64,000 bases of DNA from contig JAQGDQ010000274.1 of NCBI GenBank assembly GCA_030141605.1, positions 124,001 to 188,000 of the forward strand, in the 5' to 3' direction. Made by a program: the position numbers and the translations under genes. The notes under the pieces were generated by a model. It saw only the letters and a program-made list of their open reading frames with translations, had not been told where the DNA came from and did no database searches. Shown here piece after piece: positions 1 to 13,688 of this stretch. The stretch is from Tubiluchus corallicola. Lineage: Eukaryota > Animalia > Priapulida. Every line of letters starts with the position of its first letter. The first letter of the stretch is position 1.

Positions 1-1
1 G

Positions 2-98
<97 letters not shown>

Positions 99-145
99 GG
101 AAGACAGACAGACAGACAGACAGACAGATAGATAGACAGACAGGA

Positions 146-196
<51 letters not shown>

Positions 197-343
197 TAGA
201 TAGACAGATAGACGGATGGATGGACAGATGGATGCACAGACAGACATACAGAGTGATAGACAGATTGACTGATGGATGGACGGATGGATAGGCAGGCTGA
301 CAGAGACACACATACAGGCAGGCAGGCAGACAGACAGACAGAC

Positions 344-378
<35 letters not shown>

Positions 379-420
379 GAAACAAACAAACAGGCCGACC
401 GACCGACTGACTGACGGAAG
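1..420. repeat. (GACA)n microsatellite
   Basis: Seen directly; similar arrays at 17068..17340 and 21410..21596. Confidence 0.95.
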
Positions 421-1077
421 GACTAATTACCTGACTCATCAGCTGGTTGTAATGACAGACAAATACTCCTTTTTTACAAACGGAGGAGGCGGCTGTAGTG
501 TTTGCCTTCTCTTCCTAGGTTTACCATCCAAGAGAACGTTTGCACACTTGCTGATTTGCATTCTTACAATGTTCGATTCGTCACGGAAATTTGTGACCAC
601 GAATCCGTCTTTTCTTCCATTATCGATCGGTTTGAATTGAATCCGAGATTTTGCCGATTTTGTTATTGACAAGAAACTCTATTTTCCCGGCAACTTACCA
701 TATTTACGCCTCCATAAACAGCATAAATAACTAATGGCAACGCTGCACGTACTGTCAAAATTGTCAATGCATTTGAAAGAATCTGTTCCATGCAAATTTA
801 TAAACATCGTGTCGGAAACCACTTAACAGAGCAAAATTCGATTAACTGAACGTGACACATTCTAAGTGAACGCATTAGTGTCACAATTCGGGAAGTAGCC
901 CGGCTAAATAAATTTTCTATGGACTAATATGGTCGACAGCAGGCTGGATGATTTGGGACACACGACTGCAGAAATACAAACGTATAGTGAATCTAGTACA
1001 GTAGGCGCCGTTTATTAGACTCACGCTTAATTGACTCAAAAACTTCTGAAATGAGCCGCTCCTATTGCAATGACATT

Positions 1078-1119
<42 letters not shown>

Positions 1120-1371
1120 CACATTCAGTACAATATAATGTATTGTGGCGTAATGACATTAAGCACACAGTGACATCAGAATTATTACATCTACTGTATT
1201 AAATTGTTATGTTTCATACACTATCGTTATCATAAAAGAATAATTGTACTGCAGTGGGCTAGAGAAGCAAAGGCTTGTAGCCTTGTATAAGACATTGTAT
1301 ATAAAAACCGTCGGTAATTGACTCAAATAACTCCGCATAATTGACTCAATATTTTTCCTTCACACACTTAA

Positions 1372-1829
1372 AGCACAAGAAAACCCTCCACTTAATGCTT
1401 AAAAATCCGCCCGAACTTTTATACCAGTTACGTACTGCCTTTTTGCACACAGGGCTTGCGTCGATAGTAACGCTGTACAAAACGTGTAAATTTAAACTCC
1501 GGCGATGACCGTTAGACGCGGCCATTTTGATAATAAGTCGTTTGAAACAAGTTTAGATAACACTGAATAAAGTTTGAAAAAATATTCAGAGCATTCGTAG
1601 CGCACATGTCACAAACTAAACATTTTCTTTTCTTCCCCTGATTTACGTTGTGCGTATGTTACGTCATGTAATGGCGCAATTGGAACAGTACTGCGGGAGA
1701 TTTAAAATGGAAACAAACAAAAATTCCTTTCAACGCGAGTACGATACACGCATAAAATTGCTGTAAAGTAATATAATTTTGTAAGGCGATTTTTCTGAAA
1801 CCTACTTCAGGTGGCCCTTTTCTTGTCCT
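1372..1829 (-). mobile_element. TTAA-flanked non-autonomous DNA transposon family B3 (Kolobok-like ends)
   Basis: ttaa|AGCACAAGAAAA ... TTTTCTTGTCCT|ttaa; other copies at 14183..14874, 16200..16564, 28264..28897 and 55090..55280. Confidence 0.75.
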
Positions 1830-2139
1830 TTAAAATAAGACGCTTGTGTGCCATAAGACTTTTACTGTTTTAGCATCATCGATTTCGTGCACTATAATAT
1901 ATGTAATACAGCGTTATTTGTAAGCATTTTGTTTGGAAAAATTTTTGATAAAATAATTATAATGTAAATTAAAGCTATGAGATGTAGGTTTGAGGGGGGT
2001 TGGGACAAAAAATCTCGACGCTCCTAGGTACTTTTTCTAACATATAGTTGATTAGATACTGACAGTAAATGGCAATTTATTTTCTAACTGTATTGATTTT
2101 GCTTTCTTACAACAATGGTAATTCTTACAGGAGTGTACG

Positions 2140-2360
2140 AATAGTACGTGTGGCGTAGCTAAATGGTCTGGGAGGTCGTGGGTTCAACTCCCGACCGAGT
2201 CGTACCAAAGACTTTAAAGCATAGCACCGTTGGTTCTACAATTGTGCATGCGGGTTTGTGGAAACATCATGCGGGTAATAATAATCGGGACCACCTTGGA
2301 AATAGGGTAAAGAGTTACTTAAGGTGTTATCCCTGGGCTATGTCCTAAATGAAATTAATA
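2140..2360 (+). mobile_element. tRNA-derived SINE (V/Meta-domain-like), degraded
   Basis: B-box GGGTTCAACTCCC followed by gagtcgtaccaaagactttaaa. Confidence 0.5.
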
Positions 2361-2365
2361 TTATA

Positions 2366-2757
2366 AGCCTCGTCACGGTTTCAATGCTGTTCACGGTTTC
2401 AAGCAGTTGCTGTAGGTCAAAGGTTAAGTGTACCACAGCAACGCGTCTTGACTACAACCTTCACATGACATGTCGGTAAAGTAAAGCCGCCTGCTACGTC
2501 CGTTCAGTAACTTCAGTTGTTTTACGTGAACTTACTTAATTATGTATGAGGTTGTGCATAGAGTGATTTACTAGCAGGTTCTTGCTTGGGATGGGAACAA
2601 GAAAAAATGAACTAGGTAAGGTTCCAGCTAGCTGCTAAAACTGTTCCTATGGCACGGGCTGCGAGGTTTTGTCAAGTGTACAAAAATGCGTTGTCGGCTA
2701 CACTTAACCTTTGACCTTTTCACGATCATCATCAATCGCTGGAACTGTGAAAAGGCT
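2366..2757 (-). mobile_element. MITE family A (~390 bp, TIR AGCCTTTTCACAGTT, TA-flanked)
   Basis: Same element recurs across the window; partial copies at 2874..3041, 3176..3257, 3705..4040, 21650..21800, 26890..27055 and about 55540. Confidence 0.8.
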
Positions 2758-4269
2758 TATTCTGTTAATCTGCTGGCGTTGTGACTTCAGCGTCGAAACT
2801 AGAATAATAGCGTTGTTCTATTTACACAAAAACCTTGCCGACTGTGAGAATAAGGCTTACAAATCTGTCGTGTGAACAAGAAAAAATGAACTTGGTAAGG
2901 TTCTAGCTAGCTGTTAAAACCGTTACTATTACAATAGCATGGGCTGAGAGGCGTTGTCAAGTGTACACAAATGCGTTGTCTGGTACACTTAACGTTTGAC
3001 CTTTTCACGATCATCATCAATCGCCGGAACTGTCAAAAGGCTTATTGTTGAGTTATTTAGCTACCAAATATTACAGTGTTGCCATGCAAAAGTCCTTTAT
3101 GAGAGAATTTTAAGCTTCTGGTCGAAAAACAATTTCACCATTAAGACGATGGGGGCGCTTTGGGAGTTTTATTAACTGTACACAAATGCGTTGCCTAGTA
3201 CACTTAACCTTTGACCTTTTCACGATCATCATCAATCGCTGGAACTGTGAAAACGCTCATTATTGTTAATAATATTGAAGTGAAGTAATAAAAACACGTA
3301 ACGTTTTTCCAATAAACAGTAAGGCAACGGCACAGATAACGTAAGTCTATACGAAGCCAAGGAAACTATACTTCCCTAAAGATGTCTAAGAACCGCACAT
3401 TAATCTATGTGATAAGTCCCCACAGCTCTGCAGCTGCAACATGAGTAAGATTGCATATGCCAAGTTTTCCTGTTTGTCTGTTACTTTGCTCAGTCATGAA
3501 AGTATACACTCAAAGGATACCTCGCTTTGATGCTTTCTCCTCTTTTTTGAAACTGCAGGCGGCCTCTTTAGAAGAGCTTGTTTTGATTTATACATCATGA
3601 GAGAAACCAGGCGCGCTTTTGACCACTAGCCTTAGATGGTTGATAACACAGGAGGCGAGTAAACACAGAGGGCGCAAACGCCTTGGTTTCATAAAAAGTT
3701 CATGTGATTGATAATAATCGTGAAAAGGTAAGAGGTTAAGTGTACCAGGCAATGCATTTGTGTGCACTTGACAACACCTCGTAGCTCAAGCTGTTGTAAT
3801 AGTAACACATTTAGCAGCTAGATAGAACCTTACCTAGTTCATTTTTCCTTGTACCCAAGCGAGATCCTGTTAGTAAATCACTCTACGCACAAACTAATTC
3901 ATAATTATGTAAAGTCAACGTAAAACAAATGAAGTTATCGAACTGGTGCGACAGACGGTTTTGCTTTATCCACACGTCACTTGACGGTTGTAGTTAAAAC
4001 GCGCTGCTGTGCTGCACTTAATCTTTGAGCTAAAGCAACTGCGCATGCGCACAACGAAAACCGAGTCATGCGACTTTATACTATGGTGTCCGATAAATCC
4101 ATTGTCTCGGTTTAGTATTTGTAAATTTTGTTGGTTTTCATCAATACAGTCAGTTAAATGTGTTAAAGTTAAACGAGTTTTAGGTGCTCCGTGTCAACAG
4201 AAGCAACACGAAAACAACAACAAAAAGAACAGATTGAATGTAGAAAGATTGAAGAGCATCAACATGTCA

Positions 4270-4750
4270 GCTGGTTCTAGGAAAACAAAAAAGAATATAA
4301 AAAGGAATAAAAAAATTTAAAAATTAAAAATAGAAACGATGCTGAAAGGAAAAACAAAAAGGAGAGGAAATAAAAGGGACACGCATGAGGGAGAGAAAAG
4401 GGCGAACGAAAGAGAACAAATAAGAGAGAGAGAAGAAAAAAGAAGAGAAGAGAAGAAAAGAAAAGAGAAACGAATTGAAAGGAAAGGAAAGGAAAGGAAA
4501 GGAAAAAAGAAAGAAAACAAGAGAAGACAACAACAGAGAATACAAGAAAAGAAACGAGAGGAGAAAAAAAGAGAAGAGAAGAAAAGAAAAGAAAAAGAAA
4601 GGAAAGGGGAGGGAAGAGAAGAGGAGAAGAGAGAGAAGAGAAAATAAGAGAAAAGAAGGAAAGAGAAGAGAAGAAAAGAGAAGAAAAGAAAAGAGAAGAA
4701 AAGAAAACAGAAGAAAAGAGAAGGAAGGTAAGGGAAGAGAAGAGAAGGGA

Positions 4751-4793
<43 letters not shown>

Positions 4794-5135
4794 GAAGAAC
4801 AGAGAATAGAAGAAAAGAAAAGAGAAGGGCAGGGTAGGGAAAGCAAAGGCAGGGAAGATAAGATAAGTTAAGAGAAGAGACGAGAAGAAAAGAGAGAGAA
4901 TAGAAAACCAAAAACAGTGAAGAAAAGAAACAATAGACAAAAAATGGTAACAGAAAAGAGATAAACGAGGAAAGAGAAAAAGGAATGTAAGAAAGGAAGG
5001 CTGAGAAAAGGAGGCAAGAAAGAAAGAAGAATAAAAAACGAGAAGGCGTGAAAACGGATAAAAAGGAAAACATAAAAAGGGCATTGGGAGTTAAAGAAGT
5101 AAAGAGACAACGAAAGTAGGTAATAAAGAAAACTG
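4270..5135. repeat. Polypurine (A/G) low-complexity tract
   Basis: About 860 bp almost entirely A/G, including (GA)n and (GGAAA)n. Confidence 0.9.
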
Positions 5136-5636
5136 CTCGTTTGACCAATCAGGGTAAGAAGTCAACATCTAATTGTCTATGTACTTACACCTGAAGTTAT
5201 AGTCCACGTAGCCCACTTACATGGACGTTTATAACCTCAGAACTTTGTGTCACTGTGTCAGTTCTTCTCCTAAAGCAAGTTCATGCTTTAATTAAACACC
5301 TCAAAGTTGTAATGAATACCCTAGTTGACTCTTACTTGTATTCGAACCCCATAATTATAGAAGCGTACATGAGGTTTCGTGGCGCTGCAGAGTTCACTAA
5401 TTTGAGTGACGTCATTGCCTCGCTGCCAGTCTTTAATTACACAAAGCTAGAATGAAAATGCAGACATTTTTCATTGAACTTTTAATGTAGCACAATATTC
5501 CTGATTTTTTTTATAAATGACACAAATGTACGTTAGAATTATCTGTTTTAGTTTTTTAACGAAAATCTTTGCATTTTAATCAGTTTTGCTCATATATTTT
5601 AGTTGTATTTTTAATAAAAAGTTCGACGTTTCCCAG

Positions 5637-6055
5637 CAGGGGCGTATCAAGACTTTACGACGCCCTAGACTGATAGTTCTGTCCCGCCCATCTCTATTGT
5701 AAATTTATGGTTGCTTATGTAATGAGCAGGTTAAATAATTATTTGTGGTGTATTCGAAACACCATTAACATAGTTTCTAGGTTATCATTATTAATTACAT
5801 GTATTCGCATAACGCTTATATTGAGCAGGCTGCGTAACTGCTTGTTGTGTCCTTGCTCCTATTCGCTATGTGGCACTTATATAGCAGCTGCGCTCTGTAA
5901 CTGCCTGTGGTGTGTTATAAAATTTGCCCTTCACGTGAATATGAAAGTATACACATTTTAAGAGGAGAATAAGAATTTTTTCTAAAATTTGACGCCCCTC
6001 ACACTTTGGCGCCCCAGGCTATAGCCTAGTTAGTTTTTTGGTTAATACTCACCTG
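5637..6055. mobile_element. hAT-like MITE
   Basis: CAGGGGCGTAT ... ATACTCACCTG; 8-bp flanks tttcccag / ttttccag; subterminal gcgcccc motifs. Confidence 0.65.
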
Positions 6056-7049
6056 TTTTCCAGACACCATTGTATTCTTTCATAACAATCTTTACATTCT
6101 CAGAACAATGGCGTTAATCACATCCTGGTAATCAGCCTCGAACCCGGACCGTGAGCCAAAGCCTCCGTTCCTGGCGACCATGAGCACACTTCATTAGTGA
6201 ATTCTAGTCTGCTTGTATATATGCTTCATACGCATCTTACCCGTGTTGTTACATGCATAATAAAAGATTTCTCTAAACTGACTAGTTTTGGGTTGGTGTT
6301 CATCGCTGTTACATCAAAATTGAACTTATTGCCGACAGGTTTTGAACAAACTTTTCATTATCAAGGCATCTAAAACAAGGAAATTTACCAGAATATAGAA
6401 ACAACATCGAAATACAATTCAGTAGTTAGATAGCCAAAACATATATGATATAACATTATATAGATAATTTAACAATTTACCTTACAGGCTGCTTATCTTG
6501 ATTGGTATCTCGTTTGTTTGTTTGTGACGTGTTACACAGTTTCATACCATTCAAGATATGTAAGTTTCATGCCATTCAAGATATGTAATGTATATGGTAA
6601 ATTGTTAAACTGCTAAATTGCGACCGAGCAAAGAGTTAGCCGTCTGGTGGCCATGTGGTCGAGACTTCGTAAGCACGTAGGCACAAACAAAATCTAGCAA
6701 AAGCAATGTTTGAAAGTAAAAAATAAATGAAATTGTCAGAAGATGTTGCCAAGTCGAGTCAAATTTGTTTCCATACTAGTTATCAGGGCTTCCGTAGCTC
6801 TTAAGACTCAACGTTCATTTCCAGTCTGGTAATTGCCACTTCTGAATGTGTACGTGACTTGGTTTTGAACGGTGTAAAGCTTGCGACGACGAGAACAAAC
6901 TAGAAAAGTAAGCGAGCTACTTGTGATCTGTTACTTCATCTTAGCATTTTCTCTTTCTCCTCTCCACTGTATACTCTCTTATTCAACTTTGCGTACATAT
7001 AATGACTATACACAAATCGTGCTTGTAATCAGGAATGTTTTTCTACACA

Positions 7050-7094
7050 AATCAACATCATCATCATAATCATTATCAACATCATCATCAACAC

Positions 7095-7171
<77 letters not shown>

Positions 7172-7755
7172 CCATCATCATCATCGTCATTGTGGTCATC
7201 GTCGTCGTCGTCATCATCATCGTCATTGTGGTCATCGTCGTCGTCGTCGTCGTCGTCGTCATCATCATTATCATCATCGGTATCACACTTAGTTTTGTCA
7301 GCTTCCCATAACATTCAGCTATTGTGTTACATTTCGTTCTTTGTGTTAAATACTCGTATTTAAGTTCAGCACTCGTATTCAATCAAACCCAATATGGCAA
7401 AAGCAATCCTCCTTTCTGTGGTATTGGATTTACGTTGGACAGCAGTAGTAGCTGCCTACTTGTCTATTTTTGATGTTAAATCTTTATTTGCGCAACGTAT
7501 ACATATACATACACATACACATACACATACACATACGCATACGCATACGCATACACGTACACGTACACATACGCATACACGTACACGTACACGTACATGC
7601 ACACGCGCACACACGTGCATACCTATATCTATACCTATACACATACACATACACATATACACACACACACACACGCACACGCACACGCACACGCACACGC
7701 ATACGCATACGCATACGCACACGCACACGCATACACATACACATATACATATACA
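7050..7755. repeat. (CAT)n/(CGT)n and (CATACA)n/(CA)n microsatellites
   Basis: Seen directly. Confidence 0.95.
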
Positions 7756-8234
7756 TGCCAGACCTCTATTTGCATTCCGATAATTCTGCACTCTATCATG
7801 ATATAAGAGTGCATATAAACAACACCCTCAATTATAACTATGTCCTTAATACATGTACCACAAACTCGCTTATAAAACAACTTTGCAATTGTTTATAATA
7901 AATTAAAGTTCATAATAACAGAATTTATTCACTGGGATTATTTCGATTACTCTATTAGGAAAGCATTAGACAAACTTTTCAACATGCACGATTTACTTAC
8001 AAATGTATAAGAAAAAGGACTTTTGCTAAAATTTACGTTAAAATCAGGATAAATTTTGCCTGAGTTTTACTTGGATGTATATAAATATTTATACATATGT
8101 GTGAGTGAGCTAAAATTTTTATTGTATTATGCATTTAACCCTTTTACATCCCTTCTGTCGAGAGGCGATCTGAATAAAAATTATGTTTTTCTCTCTCAAA
8201 AATGCACTTTAATTTTACCGCCTTGCAGTGGGTA

Positions 8235-8605
8235 ATCCTCTCACTTCGCCAGTTATCTTTTCGCCAGTTTACTTTTCCACCAGTTTACCTTTTCGCCACT
8301 CTGCCGTTTCGACAGTCTACTCTTTTGCCAGTCCACTTTTTCGCCAGTTATTTTTTGCCAGTTTAATTTTAAGCCAGTCTGGCTTTTCGACAGTCTACTC
8401 TTTTGCCAGTCCACTTTTCCGCCAGTTATCTTTTTGCCAGTTTACTTTTTCGCCAGTCTACTTTTCGCCAATCTATTATTTCGCCAGCCTACTCTTCTCC
8501 GCTCTACTTTTCGCCAGCCTACTTTTTCTGTAGTTTACGAAAAGGTAGACTGATGAAAAGGTAGACTGACGAAAAAGTAGACTGGCGAAATGATAACTTG
8601 CGAAA
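8235..8605. repeat. Foldback-type element made of short ttttcgccagt units with inverted copies at the right end
   Basis: Many (ttt)cgccagt(tt/ct)ac units, then gtagactg(g/a)cgaaa in the opposite orientation. Confidence 0.6.
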
Positions 8606-9124
8606 CGACATATAATCATTGCAGTGCACCTCAGAGCACACTAAATGCTACTGACACGCGCTAATACTTGCATTTCAGTAATGCAAACTCCGACACCACT
8701 ACACAGACGTTGAATTGTCAACTCGTAATTTAATAACGCCCGAAGTCCATAAATCTAAATCTTTTATGCATCACGCTTCCGCCAAAATTTGATTGTGTAG
8801 CCGGAAATGATGTGCTAACATTTGCAGTAGCATTCGTTGAAGTTGATAACAATAGACTGGTTTAACCAAGAAGCAGATGCTATGCTCGTGCAGCAACAAG
8901 GAAGATTCCACAAAATACAAATGTAAATTCTTACTGTCCAAATTCATATCGCGTGCTCGCTGAATTTCAATTTCCGTGGTTCGTTTGTAAAGCAAATTTG
9001 CTGGCAAATGCGTATTGAATATACGCTGCAATATTAATGGAAAAGTCAAGCCTTCTTGGAGGTTAGACTTATTTCTATGTTCGCAAAAAATGTTAAAAGA
9101 ATGTTTGCAATAAGCACCTAGCGT

Positions 9125-9645
9125 AACTAGTAAAATCACTTTAAAGTCGCGATCACTTCATGCTTGAGCGCTTCCATTTTCAACGCCCATTCTTCTTCCA
9201 ATGACGTCATTCGTTTTGAAGAAAAGGAGCGCACTGTCAATCTTCGTCAAAAGTATAATAAGTTTTTACATGCGATAGATGATTTTATAATACTTTTGCG
9301 TGAACATTAGGTAAACTGCAGAAATTTGAATTGGTTTAAGCAAACGCGCTTACGGAAAGCCACGACGCGCTTACGAAAAGTCTCCCCACTTACGTCATAA
9401 TTTTCAAGTGAATGGTGGCAACCACCACGCCTGATAATTTCTATTCAGACGTAGTTTATTTTAAATTTATGCTTTATCGAAAGTTGTTTGCAAATTTCTT
9501 TGTTATATTTTCCTGAGTTTAAGTGATAACAGTAAAATAAACCCAACATACTGAGTGAGTTGTTCTTTCTTTTAGCACACCACAAACAGTTTAAGTGATA
9601 ACAGTAAAGTAAACCCAACATGCAGAATGAGTTGTCCTTTCCTTT
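9125..9645. repeat. Uninterrupted copy of the dispersed repeat that is split by the LTR element (31545..31819 plus 36697..37275)
   Basis: Collinear similarity from atcactttaaagtcgcgatcacttca through gcttacgaaaagtctccccacttacgtca to the 70-bp units. Confidence 0.88.
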
Positions 9646-10141
9646 AATAAATCGCTAGTTATAACGTGAGAAATCAAAAAGATGAAGCGACGACAACGGC
9701 ATTAACAAAAACTCTAGACAGTAGCATCTGTCAAAATTCTGTCAAGATTTCTTTGAACAAGATGTTAGTAATCACGAACAGGGGGCGTCGCCATCTTTCC
9801 ACCAACAGCCTCTTTCCTTAATGAAGCCAATTATAACAAGGGGACTCATTAGGTGGCCTGCTGTTATCAGTAATTGCGCGGTTTCTTTATGTCTCACCGG
9901 GGATCGATCATTGCATATACTCAATTTATATACAACGAATAGATTGCATTTCTGTGTAGCAACAGCGCATGCGCTATAAACATCCTCAACTCATTAAAAA
10001 ACAAGTGCTGTGGCGAGGAGTCGTTATCACACGGCAGATTTGTAAGCCTTATTCTCACAGTCGGCAAGGTTTATGTGTAAATAGAACAACACTGTTATCT
10101 GGTTTCGACGCTGAAGTCACCACGCCAAGATTAACAGAATA

Positions 10142-10522
10142 AGCCTTTTCACAGTTCCAGCGATTGATGATGATCATGAAAAGGTCAAAGGTTAAATGTA
10201 ACCGAGAACGCATTTTCGTACACTTGACAAAACCTCGCAGCCCGTGCTATAGGAACAGTTTTAACAGCTAGCTAGAACCTTACTTAGTTCATTTTTTCTT
10301 GTTCCCAAGCAAGATCCTGCTAGTAAATCATTCTACGCAAAGACTAATTCATAATTATGTAAAGTCAACATAAAACAAATGAAGTTACCGAACTGATGCG
10401 ACAGACGGTTTTGCTTTATCCACATGTCACTTGACGGTTGTAGTTAAGACGCGCTGCTGTGCTGCACTTAATCTTTGACGTACAGCAACTGCGCGTGCGC
10501 ACAACGAACCTGTTAAAAGGCT
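10142..10522 (+). mobile_element. MITE family A copy
   Basis: taAGCCTTTTCACAGTT ... CTGTTAAAAGGCT. Confidence 0.85.
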
Positions 10523-11458
10523 TGTTTCAAGACAAAGTGAAAAAACCCGCAATAGAAACGTTAAATAAATCTTACTTGACCTCAAAACTCTTCAAATTAC
10601 TATTAACAAAGCGCCCACAATTATTAACATTACTACTAACAATGCCATGAATAGTATACGATACAAAGTCAAACCAAGCTTGTGTAACCTACTTAGAATT
10701 GAACCCAGGTCTCGAAACTCCTCGTTTTGAATCGACAATATTTGAGCATCATCGGATAAGCTTCACAAGAATGCGTCTTCAATCACATAGACTGCGGATA
10801 GAAACGGGTTGATGAGCGAGACAGCCAAGGGAAAATAGGTTATGCTGATGTACCTTGTATGCATAACCCTGTTTGTAATGCTATAACCTTGAGTAGGAAA
10901 TGTACGTAAAGTGACAATCTGGACTAAAATCACTAATGTATCGACTGTGGCATTTACCTCGTTCTTCGTCTATACACGTAACTTGTTTCAGTCAATAAAT
11001 TACATACATATACACCTCTACCAATTTTTGTAGTACAGTCTCTAACCAAATACTCAACCTCATCTAAGTGTGATATGCTAAAGGTATTTCAACACTTCAG
11101 CATATTTCAGTTGCACTTATCTTTTGAAACGCCCTGTATTTGAAATTAAAGTGTTAACATAGAATTAAAACCGAAACGCCATTTCATTAGTGACGAAACG
11201 AAATGTATTAATTTTGTAGTAACAGAAACTGTGTAAAAATTGTGCGTTTTATGCTGGATTTCCTTATGAACAATTTAATGAAGTTTGAGCATTATAAATT
11301 ATATTATGAACAACTCAATGAATTTGGGAATAACCGATGGTCACTTTGGGAACGTGGTCATTTTTAGCTTATGAATAGAAATCGTGAACGTTTGATTACT
11401 TTGAAAGTTAATGACGTTTTTTGACTAGAATCTACAGTAACATCTATGGCAATGGTAA

Positions 11459-12056
11459 AGGAAGACAAGATGATTTTTCGTATAGTGCCACATTTTCAAG
11501 TTCTATAAAAGTATACATTTTAATATAATTAATACTGCAAAAGTGTTTCTGATAATTAAATAATAGATTAGAACTTAATTAACAGCGGGTGAACCCAACT
11601 ATTGATGACATCACAAACTAACATAATTTTTAACAGTAAAAATATTCCACGAGCGCGTTGCGCGTGTTTAAGAAAGAGAAAATTGAAGTACAGTGCTACT
11701 GTAAGAGATTCAGTGCATTGTACTAAAACTAGGCAAGTTTTAAGATAAAAATTCAAATTTGAAATCACGCAAGAAGTGTCGAGCATGTGCAGAACGTCAC
11801 AAACTAACACACCTGAGCTGAGAGGTAAAGCACTTGTTTTTTGTGCAATGCGTTTCAGAAATGCCCGCCTAACTAACGAATGGCGACATGCACGTAACAG
11901 CTAAGAACTTGGCGCGAAGCGTGGTGCGAACGTGTTTGTGTGGTAATGATTCTTTCACGTAAGTCATTTTTGAAAAAAACAACAGTATGTTTCCTTTCAA
12001 TATCTTAATGAGTAGATAGTTTTGACCTACAGTTTAAGATTCGGTCTGGTTCTGCT
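11459..12056 (-). mobile_element. TTAA-flanked family B2 (Kolobok-like)
   Basis: AGGAAGACAAGATGATTTTTC ... GGTTCTGCT|ttaa; related copies at 19564..20132, 20988..21410, 22837..25076 and 62010..62551. Confidence 0.72.
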
Positions 12057-12311
12057 TTAAATGGGAGTAATAACCAACTTGTTTAGCTCAAGGCCAAGGT
12101 ACTTGACAATAGTTAACAAGTACACCGAACTGCATGATTAACATAATTATATGCTAACTTACTGAACTTTGCTAGACGGTAGGCCTAATTATTGGTTTCT
12201 AAAACGAATGATCAGAAAGGTTGCACAAGTCTAGTAAAGTGTCCAGTTAATATTCATCCTCATCGCAACAGTCACACCTGTTGTACACAGGGCGAGTGAT
12301 GGGTGAAAGTA

Positions 12312-12502
12312 TAGATTAGAATAGAATAGAATAGAATAGAATAGAATAGAATAGAATTAAACAGAACAGAACAGAACAGAACAGAACAGAACAGAACAGA
12401 ACAGAACAGAACAGAACAGAACAGAACAGAACAGAACAGAACAGAACAGAACAGAACAGAACAGAACAGAACAGAACAGAACAGAACAGAACAGAACAGA
12501 AC

Positions 12503-12557
<55 letters not shown>

Positions 12558-12595
12558 AAGAGAAAGAGAGAGGCAGAGAGGAGGGAGGGAGAGAG
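12312..12595. repeat. (AATAG)n-(AACAG)n-(AG)n compound microsatellite
   Basis: Seen directly. Confidence 0.95.
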
Positions 12596-13344
12596 ATTTT
12601 AGAGGCTGGTTATGTAGTAATTCGTTCCATTTCACGAAAAAGCGAGATTTGACAAGTCTAGGTGAGTTAATAATAGCAATTATAATACTATTGTCTGTGT
12701 ACAGCAGTAACCTATTTCGAAAGCTATAGCATGATCACAAACGTTTTTTATTAATTACATTTTAACGCTTAAATTTCCCGACTCATTGAATGAAATTTTA
12801 CAAACTCATCTTTGCTTTATGTCATAATTTACAAAATGTTTTATAATTCGTCTAATTTAGTATTTTTGCCTAATTTTGTTTAATTTTTATTTTTACTATA
12901 ATTAATATTGCAAAGAATTTTAATCTGTTTAATTTAGTACTTTTACCTAACTTTTGCTTTCAGTCCGTATCTACTTTTACAATGTATTTCGTGATTTGTT
13001 TATTTTAGTCAGTTTTTAATTTTGTTTAACCGTGCAGCGTATAATGCTGTATTTTTTGTGGGAAAGCATTAAATTTCTTGCATCTCATGCTGCAATTTAC
13101 ACCTTACAAGTTTTCAAGGCAACATGACAAGCGATTTGTTCTCGTTTTCGTAACCATATTTTATCAAAGTATCACAATCTGACGTTACAGTTCTCAAGTA
13201 TGATGAAAAAAACAAAACTGATTATATTAGTATGGCAAAGAAAGAGGCACCGGATTATTTATCTGGGGATATTAATGAAGTAATGTTGCAGTTACCATAG
13301 TTGATCGCATGGCTGGTTTCAGACATGGAAAAGCTACGATAACT

Positions 13345-13548
13345 GTTGCTGTGATTGTTGACGTTGTTGTTGTTGTTGTTGTTGTCGTCGTCGTCGTCGT
13401 CGTTGTTGTTGTTGTTGTTGTTGCTGCTGCTGCTGTTGTTGTTGTTGTCGTCGTCGTCATCATCTTCGTCATCGTCGTCATCGTCGTCGTTGTTGTTGTT
13501 TTTGTTGCTGCTGCTGCTGTGTTGTTGTTGTTTTTATTACTTTTGTTT

Positions 13549-13581
<33 letters not shown>

Positions 13582-13608
13582 TTGTTGTTATTGTTGCCCC
13601 TGCTCCTC

Positions 13609-13688
<80 letters not shown>

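Noticed and set aside
4277-5148. Long F/L/S-rich and K/R/E-rich ORFs
   Set aside because: Translations of a polypurine low-complexity tract.
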